DNA of 64,000 bases, from contig NMRA01000555.1 of assembly GCA_002633005.1 (NCBI GenBank), positions 217,867-281,866 on the forward strand, written 5' to 3'. Shown piece by piece: positions 13,001-28,000 of this stretch. The stretch comes from Phoronis australis (taxonomy: Eukaryota; Animalia; Phoronida). The notes beneath the pieces were generated by a model, which did not search any database, was not told where the DNA came from, and saw only the letters and a list, made by a program, of their open reading frames with translations. The translations under genes and the position numbers were made by a program. Each line of letters begins with the position of its first letter. The stretch's first letter is position 1.

Positions 13001-16000
13001 CAATGCACAGGCTTGTGGATAACCTAAATGAATTTGAAGCCGGCCATATATGATCCACTTCACGCATTAGCCAGTAACAAGCACTCAATTCAGAAGTCCC
13101 TCCCCTTGCCAATCACAATTATTATTGCACACCAAAGCTCCGCCCCTAACTCACATTTGCTGTTTCAGCTCCAAGTTAGCCTTCTTGTTCTTGCCAGTCA
13201 AGTGCTGTTTCTGGTTTTCCAGTGAAGTCTGAAGGTTACTGATTTCAGACTGAAAATCACAGAAAAATCGTGGCAGACTCAGTGTAACCATGGCAACAGC
13301 AAATCATCATGACAATTAACATTCAAACAGATCGTGGTGTGATTTGTTGTCAACAGATAGCATAATTATAGCTAGGAAATAGGATTGTTTGTTATCCCAA
13401 GCAAATGGGTCTCACAACAGCCACTTAAACAACGCCATCTTTCAAATAAGGCAAGATTAACAAAAGAGGACAAAGATGTTTTCAAAAACAATTCAACTTT
13501 AACTTTGCACTTTGGTTAAGCCAAAAAGTTATAATTGAAGGGCAAAATAATACTCTTATTCTTACTACTGGATCACCACGAAACGCCAATTATCTCTTTT
13601 GATTTCCTTCCCAAAACAAAATCATCAACAGAGCCCCTTGTGTTGCGACTTTTACCATTGATGAGACATTTAAAGCTGCAACAAATTTTCAAATAATCAA
13701 AACTAATAACACTATATAGCCCTTGATCTTAATGCATCTGCAACCCATGACCCTTGACCCCTGCTCAAATCCCATACCTGTAATTCCTGAATGTGGCCAT
13801 CCAACAGCTTGGCCCGTTGCTCATTCGTCACTGACACATTACTCAACTCGTCGTACTCCGCCTGTAGTTTCCGCAGCTTGTCCTTCTCCGTCTTCAACGC
13901 AGGCTCTAATTGGTTGATCTGATTCACTAGCCCTTCATTCTGGTCTTCATTCAATATCTGAAATAAAGAGTCATGTACATGTCAAAGATCATTCTATGGT
14001 TACCAAATACAAACTTAGGATAAACCAACTCAATGGCAACCTAGTTTCACAGGCTAAGTGCATAGTGTAGCAAAGTTATGAGAGACAACTTGCCAGTTTA
14101 CGGAAAATGCTAGACATTTTCCAGATAAAACAAAGTTGTTTCTGAAAAGCATAACTCTTTAGTCCTATCCCAGGATCCATAAAAAATCTTCAGCGAGTCT
14201 GAGGCTGTTTCCATCCCCACCCGATATCTCATCCAGCCAGAAGATCCAAGATACATGGATGGGAGTGAATAGGTGGTCAAATGACACAGACTCACCATGT
14301 TAGCTTAATTCAAGCAAGTGAGCCAGCTTAATGTAACTTTTAAGAAATACAAACTCAAGGAAAAACAACAACCATCCAGTTCATTGCTGAATAGATCATC
14401 GATATCCTTCCACACATCAACCTCCATCCACCTAAGCTGTGGCCATTTCCCAACAGTTTCACATGGTACACCATGATCATATGGTATACCACATATTACG
14501 GTCTTCCACAACCCCTTATCAATACTCACTCCTACTCACTGACCCTATAGTCATCCCTAACCATATCAGCTTTAGCCTTCTCTGGCAGTCCAAGGTTCCC
14601 TACGCCTCTATACACATTCTTACCCACATCCTTACACCACCCATCATGCACCCACCTACGGTCCAGTACACCCCTTTACCACCCTTACCCCACATCCACC
14701 CACACAACCATCTTTCACCCACCTTGGCCTTCCTCAGCTGGTCCGAGGAGGTCTGTAGTGACTCCAGTTTCTGCTCGGCCAGTTTCCTCATTGTCACCTC
14801 CTCGTGCAGTTGACTCTTGATGGCGTCCAGCGTCTTCTCCAGGGAGCGCGTGGTCACCTGCAGGTGGGCCTTGGACTCGGCGTGTGCGTCCATAGATGCC
14901 TGTGATGCCTTCAACTCAGATGTGGCCTGGAGAGAGACACAAGAATCAAACACCAGCGTGACAACAGCGTGTTCTCTTAAATGAGTTGACTCAATGCGAC
15001 GCTCTTTTCCAAAAAATCCACAAGCATTAATAATGCAGGACACATTTTTTCTTACTCATCGGTAAACAAATCGTGACATTTCAAAAAAAGCTTACATGCA
15101 TTTTGTGCAGCTTTTCCAAAAGAAAAAAAAGGAGAACTTGGCTTGGCTCAAATTGATGTGAAGGGCAGTTTTTTTATTTTAGTCAGTGAGCACAGGTCTC
15201 ATCTCAAAATGAGTCAGAGAGGTAGAGACCAGAAACAAATATGCATTTCGGCCATCAATTAAAAATAGCGTAATTGATTCTGGTTTGCTCTAAACTCATG
15301 TTTTAAATCTGAGTCTAGCTAGTATCAGGTGGCGTTAGGCGAAAAAATAGGATCCCAACTCATTTAAGTTGGCACCAGGTGTCACTAAGAAAAAGAAAGA
15401 AGGCATTTAGTAACTTTTTCTTTTTCAAAAAAAAGAGAATTGAACGCGTTTTCAAAAAACAATCACAAGAACCAGTTCTGCTATACGTGTCTTTACCACT
15501 CCTTGTCATTTTACCATACCTTTGTCAGTTGATCCTTGAGCATTCTTTCTTGAGACTCAGCCTTGTTGGTGACTTCACTCAGGTGAAGCTTGAGTTCACG
15601 GATTTCTCGATTCGAGTTCTCTCTCGAAGTTCTCAGTTCGTCCTTCAGAGTTGCATTGTGCGCTTTCACCTTCTGAATGTTCTCCTAGGTAACCATAGCA
15701 ATATGTTACCAATGGCAACAACACGCAAACACAACTTCTCAAAAAGACACCATCCCACACAATTATTAATTTCAGCCTGTTAAATTAGGTTCAAAAGTGT
15801 TTGATCCATATTAAAAACAGTAAATGAACAAACAGTTCAGAACAAAGTGAAAACAATAAACAAACAAATCAGTTGATATCTTTAGTTTTTACATTCATGT
15901 GAAACTCAAGTGTTTTTCTAAGCAGTGCTCATAGTTAAGGCTGAGGTTAACACACGCTCTTTTTGGCACCCAGACGGTGATAATCCAAAGATGCCATGAA

Positions 16001-19000
16001 AACCTCACACAATCAGCGAGGAGCCTAGTTGACAGTGAGCAGGTCCACGCTAATCAACTGACAAGTGATTGGCTCAAACCTGAAGCTGCTTGTTTGTATC
16101 CGTTAGCACCAGTGTCTCCCCCTTGAGGTTAGCCCGCTGTAGTCCTGCGTCATCCACCTCACTCTCCAGTGACCTCACTTTGACCTCAAGTTCATTCCTC
16201 AGCCTGACCAATCAAAATCAACGAGAGGATTAGAATTACGATTTGCACAGCAACACTGTACACTCTTCACTTTTTTACAATCTCAAATAACTTTCCTTAA
16301 TCTAGAAACTGATATGAACTTGCACTTTCCATCAAACAAACCATCATTTAATTAAGACCACAAACTGTGAAACTGTACACAACTTATTCCTTATTCATTT
16401 TTGGACTAAGGACAATGTAGGATGTTTGTCCTGGAGGCCATGCTAAGCCCATCAAATGACTCAACATGACTAGCCTACTCACTGAGCATGACCTCAAGTA
16501 ATTACAAAGCACCAATTCCAGCCAAAACCAGAAATCCTCTCAACATGTAAGTGGTCTAAAGCAAAAGAAAGCTTTCAGATGGAAGACGGGTTCATTGCAG
16601 TTAATTAAATATATATATCAACAATCATTGTATATTTCAACCCAATCTACTTTTGTGTAAATATCGATTTTCATCAAAGAAAACGAACACAAAATGTGAT
16701 CCTTGCCTCTGTTCGTCCTCCAACTCCCGTAAATTCTTGTTCAGAGTTCCAATGACGACATCTTTCTTCTTAAGATTTTCATTCAGTTCTTCTACCTCAT
16801 ACCTACAGTTAAGAAAGTTTTACTCAACACGTAACAAGGCACCATTCAATATATAACAACTGAAGGCACGATTCAGAAAAAGTGCAACACAGTAAAGTAA
16901 AAGGATAAATTAGGATAACTCCAACACAGTAGAGTAGTTTTCAATAAAGTTGACAAAATGTGTCTGGCAACAAGCAAATCGAAAGAGAAACAATTCTAAA
17001 TCATTCAAATGCAAGCCGGAAATTGTTGTAGAATTTTATTGACTGAAGTAATTCGTGAGGTTTGTTTGAAAACAATACAAACTAAGAGTTCTGAACACTG
17101 TAACAACAGAGAGCCATTGAATTGTGTTAAGGTCATGTAGGCGCCAAAAAAATCGTCCAAATTTGGTTAAATACAAAACACTATGACACAGAGACATGGT
17201 CATGTGACCCAATAAATGACAGGTAGGTAAAAAGTCAAAATTCAAATTTTACATGCTTTGTACTTTTAGAAAATGTGTATTTACTGACAGAGTAAAAGTT
17301 CATAGTTTTATAGGGAGTTGGCTAATAAGGCTTGTCAATAAGGTCCTATATAACGTTAACACAGACAGACAATGGAGGCCATGCAAAGTACAGTGCGCGG
17401 TGTACAGCAGCCAATCTTACTTTGTTCTTCGCAGAGTGAGCTCCAGATCTTCCCGCTCTTTATTGAACGAGTATTTTTCGGAAGACCAGTCACTTCTCAC
17501 ACGGCTAAGGTTCGTGTCGGCCTCCTCCTGGAGCTTGGCGATTGTGTCGTCTTTTTGAGCCAGCTTGACACAGAGCTCTTGTAGATCTACACGGGATGAC
17601 AACAGGAGAGTAAGCAACAAATTTAGGACACAACAGCTGCAAAGTTCGAGGTTCTTCCTATGACGTCTGCTGGACAAATTCTACTGGCTCCGCATGGTAA
17701 TAATCGTGAAGAGAACCAGACAATAACGAACTTCAAATCGCTTAAAATCATTCAAAAATCTTTGCAGAAAACTTCCTCAATTGGCTGTAATTCACACAAC
17801 ACATGGTAGGGGCATGCTCAGACATATTATACTAATTACTTTCTACATACTTTTTCTCCTATTTTCAATCGGTTGTATGACAACATAATACAATCTCTAC
17901 ACATACTCACCTGAGTAGAGAGACTGCTTGTCCTTCATCACCTGTTCCCGCCCCTCAGCCTCTTTCTGGTGCAGCGCAGACAGTGACGCCACCTGCTGTT
18001 CAGCAGCACGTACCTTGTCCTGCAGCTGATCAACAGAGTCTGACAGTTTACGGTTCTCCTCCTGGAAGCAATTTGAAGTTTTAGAATATTGTTGATGGAT
18101 CATACAAGTACAGTTCTATACAATCAGTGCACAGAACATCATATTATGTAATCTGAAAAAAAAATGTTCAATAGACAAGTGTTTAGTAACAGGTAGTAAT
18201 GACATTGAATACGTCAAAAGGACACATCGAAAGGAAACTTATAAGTATTTTCAGTACATACACCAAGAAAGAAACTGGACAGTCCCCAAAATGACACGCG
18301 ACCATGAAAGAGTTGGCCTCTGCATACTCACACTTGGGATTCACAAGAGCCTGTAAACTAACGAACAAAAATGTTCTACACCCGACCCCAAGTCATACAA
18401 CACAAAAGATTGACATTTCCCCAGTTTTTGGTATAAAATCTCTAAATTAAATATATTATTTTCTAAATGACAAAATATATCGAAACATTGTGCAAAACAT
18501 AAGAACACTAAGATTAGTGAGCCCAAAGGAAAGAATTTTACCTTCAAACTCTGAAGAGTCTTTTTGTCTCCCGAAGCGTTATTCGACAGCTTGTCGAACT
18601 CGTACTTCAACACCTCGTAATCTTTTTTCTTCAATGATAATTCCTCTCTAAGTTGGTTACGTATGTTCTTTTCTTCACCAACCTGAAGTGAAAAAAGTGT
18701 CTCAGGATTTAGAATCGCACACTTCTATTATAACTGCATGACTTAATTCACCTGAAAGTTCTTATTTGTCAGTAGACACTGGTCACTTCTCAATTTCCAA
18801 TTGCTAGTAACAACTAAGAGATCATTGCCAAAACATCAACATCAAATATCCCTGCAACTTTTCGCTGACTCTCAACAGACATAATTCTAATTTCTTTAAA
18901 ATTTTGGATGGAGCTTGACTAATTACAGTCAAACTTGTTGCCTAACAACAATTCACTGTGTCCTAGTTAACACAAGGAATTAGTGAATAACTTTTTAAAA

Positions 19001-22000
19001 AGAAAACCGATATACAATTTTAAAGTTTTTACACATTAGCTTTTTGCTGAATCCCAATTTTATAAAAAAACAACGGTTTGTCATATATAGCCATTACAGG
19101 TTAACATTTTAGTCGGGTTTACCATTCTAACAAACAATAATTGCTTAAACAGCAAAAAATAAAACATACCAGCCAGGAATGTAAAACACCAAGCAGAACC
19201 AGTTGGTTCTTTAATGCTACTATAATTTTTGAAATGTGAAAAAAGCTTACAACGCCTTTTTCAGCATCAAGCTTCTTTTCCAGGGAGGTGTTCACGTTGC
19301 CGAGTCGGGTGATCTCTTCATTGAGTTTCTCAATCTTCTGCTGGAGGGCGTAGCTATCACTGTCAAGCTCGGCGATGCGGCTGTTGTCATGACGACGCTC
19401 AGCGTGCAGTGTAGTGATCACTGCGTCTTTTTCGTTGCATTCTTTCTCTAGCAGTTGATGTTTCTCCGCAGCCTTGTCAAGCTAGCAAGCCATGGGGCAA
19501 ACAGACACTCAGGTAAATACCAAGATCCCGATAGACTGAGATTGTGTTGTGGAGTGCGATAGTGTTATGGAGCATTCTTTAAATACGGCGCTTCAACTGT
19601 GTGACACAGAATACACAGCCACAGGATTTTGTACTGGACGAATGGAATAGGGACTTCACTGTTTAATATTTAAAATCAACTTCTAACAAAAAGCACTCGT
19701 ATGGCAAGGCCAAAGAAATCATAAGAGAGGAGAACTTGAGCATTTTGTTTCTCAAGAATGCAGGACTTTTATAGTTCGCCTGCTACAAGCCATCAAATAG
19801 CAGGATTCAAGCACAGAAATTCCCATAACATCAAATTGAAGACATAAAATGACACGAGAGGCCTAAATAAGGCTTCAGAAAATTAATTAATTTTAGGTAA
19901 AAAAACGGCAAGAGGGCATGCACAAAGCAACTAGCCAAGTACAACTAATGTAAGCGGGTAGTCACTGAAAAGTGAAGAAGAAACCCACTTCAGCGGTATG
20001 GTTCATGAACTTATGACTTAAGTCAGAGAGCTGGCCTCATGATCCACACACTCAAATATTTCAGAAAAATTTACTTGTTAAATCTCACTTGAGAAAAAGC
20101 GCAGTGTCTGAGAATATACTCATAACTGGCACTGGCTGAAGTAATTCCTATAAACTATTTCTAGACTGTGATGCGCTTATAGTTACATGGCTAACCTTTA
20201 TTCAGCAACTGTGGAGTGCGAGCGTAAGACCAAAATGCTGTCTTAAGCAACTTTCATGAAGCACACCCTAGTTCAGAAAGAATAAACTGCACCATCCTGA
20301 AACTACACAACACTGCTACACTCTGATGAGAGCTCCCTTGTGTAAACTACAGTGCCTTAATTAAGTCACCAATCAACACGATTTTCTCTTTGGCTCCTGC
20401 CACTTCCAACATTCACAGATCCACATTTGCCTCAGGCTCAGCCCTCATAAGTCCACCCCCATTCTAATCCATCAGACCCAATCTTCTCCACAACAGAAAA
20501 TTGAAACGCTATGCTCCATGTTTTATGTTCACACTACGGAGGTTGTGTAAAAAAACCATCAAGCCATGAAATGAACAGATGCCTCATGTATACATAACAA
20601 ATGACGAATGATGAATTTAAATTGCAGCTTTGTTTTCACACGTCATGGCAGAATCCAAACTTGATAGTGCAATGAGTCGAAACAGGTCGATGAGAAAACT
20701 GGCACCTGTTCATTTTTTGTGTCTAAATTCTTTCAAGTTCACAATAAACTTGTCACTCTCATGATAAGTTCCGCCCTGTTAACACACCCCCAATACACTC
20801 ACCTTCTTCTTCAACTCGTCAATCTCAATCTCCCTCCTATCAAGCTCCGCCCTTTCGGTCGTCAAATCCTTCTCTAGTTTATACTTATCCATCTGAAGCT
20901 GCTGCTTTTCACTGGACAAATACTGGGTTACCTCCACATGACCTTCACTCTCCTTCACCTAGGCAACCAAAGATTATAATACATCATTAAAATAATCAAA
21001 TACAGTTGATACCTCATCAGAGTATCACATGATCATACCACGTTACCTAGTAATGACAGGTGAGGTCCTAAAACTTTCTTATCACATGATGTGACCTCGC
21101 ACAACTCTGATGAGGTATTTAACACTTGCGCACATGGTAAGACAATGCTTTCTCATACTACATAATATTCAATGTCTAAAAAGTAAAAATAAAAACATTA
21201 CATAACAGTAATTGTATCCTAACTGGGAATTGCTGTAATGGTTAAACTTAGGTACTGAAGAACATAATTGCACTATCGGAGGCCAGAAGTGATGGTATTG
21301 GTGGACCTCAAAGTGTATGCTGCTAAATATATCTATTACATAATAAAGATCACCAAAACATCACAGTGTTACTTAAGGCAAAACAGAATATAAAAACAGA
21401 CTGAGATAAATACCTGCAACAATTCTCATGGATGCCTTTTCAGCAAAATTAAATGCTTTTCCATGGACTCCATTGCAATCAGAAAAAAAAATCCTGACCA
21501 GACCTATCGCGGAGAAATTTCTCACCTTATTGGCCAGTTCCTGCCGTGACCTCTCAAGGTCACCTCGCACATTTTCAATGTCATCTTCTAAAGCTTCAAT
21601 CTTCTTCCTCTGGCTGGTCAATTCCTGCTTCTGACGACTAGACGGAATTCAATTTAATTTAGAACAAACAACAGATAAAATTAAATTGATACAAATACAC
21701 TGAAATGCTGAATCCTCTCTTAACATTCAGAAAGTATAAAAATATCATTTGTCCTGTAGTGGATATCATTTGTCTTGTAGTGGATATCATTTGTCCTGTA
21801 GTGGATATCATTTGTCCTGTAGTGGATATCATTTGTCCTGTTAGTAGTGGATATCATTTGTCCTGTAGTGGATATCATTTGTCCTGTAGTGGATATCATT
21901 TTGATACGGGAAAGTTACATTTTGAAACAAGGCTTTGTTGAAAATTCATTTGATATCAATTATGCATTTATTTATGAGCTGTTCTAGCTTTGCTTTTTAC

Positions 22001-25000
22001 ATTCATGAAAATAGTTCTCACAATAAAAGGCCAACTTTCAAGACAACTTCTAATGAGTCTTCTTTTTCGATATTTCTACAATGTTTCACATCATATAGAA
22101 TAACTAGGAAGCCATCACATAGCAGAGTGCAATTTATTCATTATGAAACATTTTTGGTTCATTATTTGCTTGAACCCTTGAGAGAATATTGGCACAAAAT
22201 GCACGACTGTCTCAGTAATCACTCTCAAATTCAAGGATCAAGTCAATGACATTTAAGTGAAAAAAATTATATAAGTGTATCAACCAGTTGGCTACTGTTT
22301 GTACTATAATCCTTTACCTTAAGTTGTCGTTCAACATTTCAACTTCTTTCTCTTTTGCATCACACAATCTCTTCGTCTTTTCAAGCTCATCAGACAGCTG
22401 AAGCAAAACGAATAAGTTAATAATAAGACCGATGTTGAAATTATGTTTTTCAACTTCTCATCAAATTGCTAAGATTTACAGAAAGAAGTGAAACTGACAC
22501 AGACATAAACATTTCAATTGCTGACGGGTCAGGATGGGTAATGACCCAGCTGCTTTGATGATGAATTTCACTAAATTAATGCCAACACGATGGGAATTTT
22601 GGCTTACTTTGCCCGGACCAATAATTTTGGTGTGTCATGTACTTAACTGAGCTTGGTTTACGGACCATATGAAACTCTGAGCACTGACAAAGCTACACTT
22701 TCAAAAACTCTCTTTGCCGACTCACCATTTTGCCTCCCATTGACAGATTCTGGTATTCGTCCTCGTAGCGTGCCTTCTGTGTCTTCGCCTCGTCCTCCAC
22801 CTTAGATATCGTCCTCCTCAGGTCTTCCTCCCTCTTGCTCAGGTCCACCTCCAGCTGAGCCTTCTCTCGCCGCAGCACCTCGCGCTCCTCGGTCATCGCT
22901 TGCAGTCGTTGCTCCACCTCTCGCAGCTCGTTGCGGTGCTGCGTGCTGGACGCCTTCTCACGTGCAGTCTCCTGCTTGGTCTCGCGCACCTGCTTCAACA
23001 GGCCAGAGTTTTCCATCACCATGGTGTCCAGGCTGTTGTTGGCTTTCTGTCAACACATAATGTGTGGAGTGACAGGGGGGTGACACTGAACATCAATTTA
23101 AGTACCTTTATTTTATAGTCATAGCATTTCAACATTACCAAAGCCACATCAATTCACTTTGACAAAACATTCATGCAATACATTCAATATTAAGGACACA
23201 TATCACACGGCCCTTAGCATTACACTTTAACAGGCTTGCAGCCTGCAGGAACATAACAGAAAATCGTAACCGCCTCGTTTTGCAAGCAAATTCCGTGGGT
23301 GAAAACAACATGGCCGCCACACTCATGAACATTAGTTCCTCATTTTTTAACGCGGCTCACAGGCATGACAGACTTGAGGTCACCGACTCACAAACACGGC
23401 TGAACAACAAACACAGTGCATGGACTCCCAAATACAGCTTAGGCATCCCGAAAATGGGTCGTGAAAAACAAACACCCCTAACTGACGGTATAAAATCACA
23501 CAGACATTTAAAGTCAGTGGAGTCTTTGTTGATCAGTGAGCCATGTTGTGAAGGTGGACACAGGTTGGTGAGTTTACAAAGCTGACCTGTTCATGAGTAC
23601 GCCAACTTTTTGAATTTAGTTATCAAATCCTGTTCTATGCAATTTCCCCTAACCATTAATACACTACACTCACTACAATATGATCTAGTTTGTTTCAAAG
23701 TATTCTTCTGCACGGCAACAGAACCCATGAAGTACCATCAAGTCCTGCCTCAAACTATCCCTCTCCCAAAAGACCTCAAACACATATTACCGTCAAATCT
23801 TGCTTCAAACTATCCCTCTCTCCCTCCAACGACGACACTTTCCGCCTCATCTCAGCCACATTATCCTCTGCCAATCTACTCTGACTAGACAGACTATTTG
23901 CCTTCATATCCTTCTCCAGAAGTTCAGACTGATACTTTTCCACCTGCTGAGATTTCTTCTCCACGTCTTGCTCTAGTTTCTCCACGCGCGCTTTTTCTCG
24001 TTTCATCTCGACATTGAGTAGCTTCAGCTAATGAGGTGTAAATACAACCATTTTCAGGAATGATGAACTCATGAAAGCATTATAAAACAACAAAACTTCA
24101 TTTGCGTCACGTTACATTCCAGTTCGGGACAAAGTGAGATTTTCCCTATTTAATTAAATAATATCAACTTGTATCAAAGTTTGAGGGCATAACAAGAATC
24201 AAATATCTGATATAGCTGGGCAGACCTCTCTTCGATTCACAAACTAAGATCAATCTTGACTTATGAAACTGTTAAACTTTTCCAGATTGATCAGAACTGA
24301 TTTCCATTTTCTGGTTTGCTTGGGTACATCAAATACCTATACACAAGAAGTAGAAACAATTTTATCATAACAATTATAAATTAAACAGACAGTATAATTT
24401 TTGAGTTGCGTCTACTCTTTAAGATCACATCGTGCATAAATGGCACAGAATGAGAGAGTGCTGCAGTACTCAGAGAAAGAGTTATTGAAATATTACAACC
24501 ATTGAATAAATTCATGTTTCTATGAACTGCATACTTTTTAATCAAAGTGATATGACATGTAGTATTTGCAGAATAAAGTGAAACTTTCCTATTTCAAGAA
24601 ATCTTAAAGAAATTCAGACACAAATTCATATTTTGAGGTCGGTCTGTTTCATACACAAATATTAACAAGCTATGTCATTGCCATCTCCACACATTGGCAC
24701 TAAACCACACAAAAGTTCTGAGCCGTGCAAGTGAAGACCATACCTCTGTGTTCTTCTGCGTCAGCTCCTTGTTCACTGTACGTAAGTTCTCACGCAGGGA
24801 GTCCAGCTCTTGCTGCACATCCTGCTCAGAGCTGGTGAGTCTCTGGTTACGACGTGCCTCCTGCGACAGCTGGGACTGCAGGCCCTCCACCTGTTGGAGA
24901 ATAACAGAAAGTGCTGAGGAGGCAGGTGAGACTAGGAGAGTAAGAAGTAAAGCAGGTAGTCTGAAACATGTTGCAGGTTGTTCAGTCAGGCCCATGACAT

Positions 25001-28000
25001 CAAGTACCTCAAACCATTTATCCTTTATTATTATAAACATATAACTAGACATAAGGACCAAGCTCAGGAGCAAAAGACTTGACTCAAGGGTCCAACAGTG
25101 GGCTCCAGTGGGATTCCAACTCATGACCTTGTGACCAAGAGGCAGACACTCACCCTACTAACTTAAAGCCACAATCCCCCCTATAGGAAGAGAATAACAG
25201 AGGTTGCTAATAAGTAAAACAGAGTGGGAATATTGCTATTTTTTGGAGAAATTTCAATTTAATAATGAAATGACACTTAAAAACTTCTGAATTGTTTTAC
25301 ATGACCTATTCGTCAGACATAGTTGCAACGGTCACAATCTTGGACTGAAAAATCTAGGACAACAAGGGGTGATAAAAAGCAGAGAGCACACGTCAGGTTA
25401 AACAGTAGCAGTTACTCAGGAATGGGCTGAACCTGCAAACTGTCAAATTACAATGTGGGTTACACATTATTTCCTGGGAGGGCTTGCTCAGTCAAGTTTC
25501 AACGGAGAGAACTACTGAGATTAGGGAACACAGTGCCATATAGGGCCAAGCTGTGTGACTGTGACTCTAGGCTCTCAAAAAAAATTTAATTTAATTTCTG
25601 TAGTCAGACAGTTGGCTCTACTGTACAGTCGGTAATACACAGAATGAGTTATGCGTGCAATTCCCAGGATTGTTAGGTGCATACACCACTAATTTTCAGA
25701 CAAAACTTATAGATTATGGGTCTTAGACTAATACATGTACACTGTACATCGTGGCAAGAGAAGCCAGCAACATTTATCAGTAGGGATCATTACAAAACTT
25801 TCGATGGTGTGAGGTAGATAGGACGACTTAAATGCCTGTGAAAGATTTCAACAGCATTAATTGACAGAAGAACGTCTTAAAATTCAAATTTGTTAACTTT
25901 AAACAATTCTAAAAGGTAGTGGTGTTGTCCAAGTGGAAAGCGAAAATCAGACTTTTCAGTTTGCTTATCTTGATGAGATCGTTGAGAACAAATATTTATC
26001 TACTCAAGACAAAAAGATTTGTTTAAAATATGTTTGCATAGTACTAACCCTGACTTTTTTCACTAGACCATAGGGTGATGCAAGGATACAGTGTCGCGAC
26101 ATAAGGCAACAGCACTTTAAATAAACAGCAAAAATAGGTCTATCGAAAAAATAAGCCCCTCCCCCCTTTTACTTTGACTTTGTCTTTAGTCACACCATGG
26201 ATGACTATACAGGCTTGACGCTTCACTCTGACATCACAAAAGCAACACAAAAAACCGAGCAAATGTGTTTGGGAGCAACATTACTCAAATAGTATTAGTA
26301 AAAATTGGTTTAAGGATGACTTTTTTGGAAGTTTGACTTTGCATTAAAAAACTGCCCCCAGACTCCCAAAGTTGTCATTCGGAAAAAAGGTGGGTCTATT
26401 TCAGAAATTTGCTTTCTTAGGGGTGGGCTTTGCTAATTAACAGCGTTTTTGTATCATCATTCTATCAGTATTGACCCATCACAACGCTTCACACTACTAC
26501 ATGCATACACAAAGCAAATGCTTGGTAAATAGTTCCTAATCTGTGAACACAAATGATAAAACATGCGTATAAGCACGGGCAAACCATGCACCCATTAAAA
26601 CTCTTCGAAAGAAGACTCAGCACGCCTCAAAAATCCAGGATCAGTCAATGCCATCATCCGGCTGTATACCTCAGACTCAAGCTCAGCCAACTGGTCTTGG
26701 GCCATTACAAGATCCTGTCGTGTCTGTTGGAGATTGTCTTCTGCCTCGTGGAACTGGGCCGTCCTCTCGATGAGCAGGGCGTCTTTCTCTGTCAGCTCTT
26801 TCTCCAAGGCTTGTTTCTGTGAGCAGTGAATAGTGATTATGTTTGTGATATTGCAGAGCAGTGAACAGCAGCAGAGATGAGAAATGAAGAGTGGGGTGAG
26901 AAGTGAACGGTGACAGATCTGAGAAATGAACAATGAGTTGAACAGTTGAAAAACAGCAGTGAGCAGAGAACAGAATTCAGTCGTGAACAATCAATGCAGT
27001 TGAAAAAAGGCTAGGAGTGACAGGGATGATAAATGACCAATGACAGATGTATTTATTAATATTATGTAAATCTTGTGGCCAACAGGTGGCGTGAAGATCA
27101 TGGCTTAATTAATGTTTGTGACCAATGAGAGAGTTGAGCAGTGAACTTGCCAGAGTGAACAGCGAGGGATGAGAAGAGACAGTGATGAAAACAAAACAGA
27201 GGAGCAGTCACAAACAGTGATGGAAAAACGCAAGCCATGCTCATCAGGGGTCATCTCAACATAACCCCTAAGGAACAACAAACATTACAGCAACTCAGGA
27301 CATTAAAGCAGAAATTCTAAAACTTATAATAGTCAGAAAACATAAGTAACACACTATGTAATCCAGTACGAGAGGGGGCAATGTTAACCGAAACAATTTT
27401 TTCTCATTACCAACCATATCGTTAACATGCTATGCAAAATTAATTTTAACTATGCAAGCACGAATTATGATGACACGAAGACTGTTAACAAACGAAAAAG
27501 AAATAAGCAAATCTGTGAACGTGTGAAGGTGCATACTTGTGACTCCAGTGACTGTAAACTCCGCGACTCGTGCTGTTTCTTGTTACGAGAGTTGTCGCTC
27601 TCTCGTCGAGCTTCGTCCAGCAGCTCCTCGAGTTCCCGTTTCTCCGTACCCCACTTGTCCTGCTTGCTCCTCAATAGTTCCAGCTCTGTCGCCTGGTCAC
27701 GTGTCTATCATGTGACAATGTGCAAAGTATTGGCATGCGCAGGTGATCAAGTTATGGTACATTGCATTTAGTTAGCGTCCCAATGACAAGAAAATGCATT
27801 ATTTTTCAAAAATATGACAAAATTTTTAATCTTTTCTTCATCACGTTCAGCCAACAAAATTTTGAGGTACGCACAAATGTCCAAAGGCGTCTCCTTAACG
27901 CATCTGTTTAAGCACCTAAAATGTTCTCAGCAGTCAGTTAAGTAAAGCAAGTGCGAACACTGTTGGGTTTGTAAGGGAACACGTCGCCACAAATACTGTT

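Noticed and set aside
21103-21130. CTGATGAG as a hammerhead core (also at ~20323)
   Set aside because: No stem II or GAAA follows; at 21.1 kb it is part of an inverted repeat.
21705-21941. ORF with CPVVDII repeats
   Set aside because: Translation of an intronic 21-bp minisatellite, antisense to the gene.
22555-22682. C/D box snoRNA (ATGATGA...CTGA)
   Set aside because: It is antisense to the host intron and has no terminal stem or recognisable guide.
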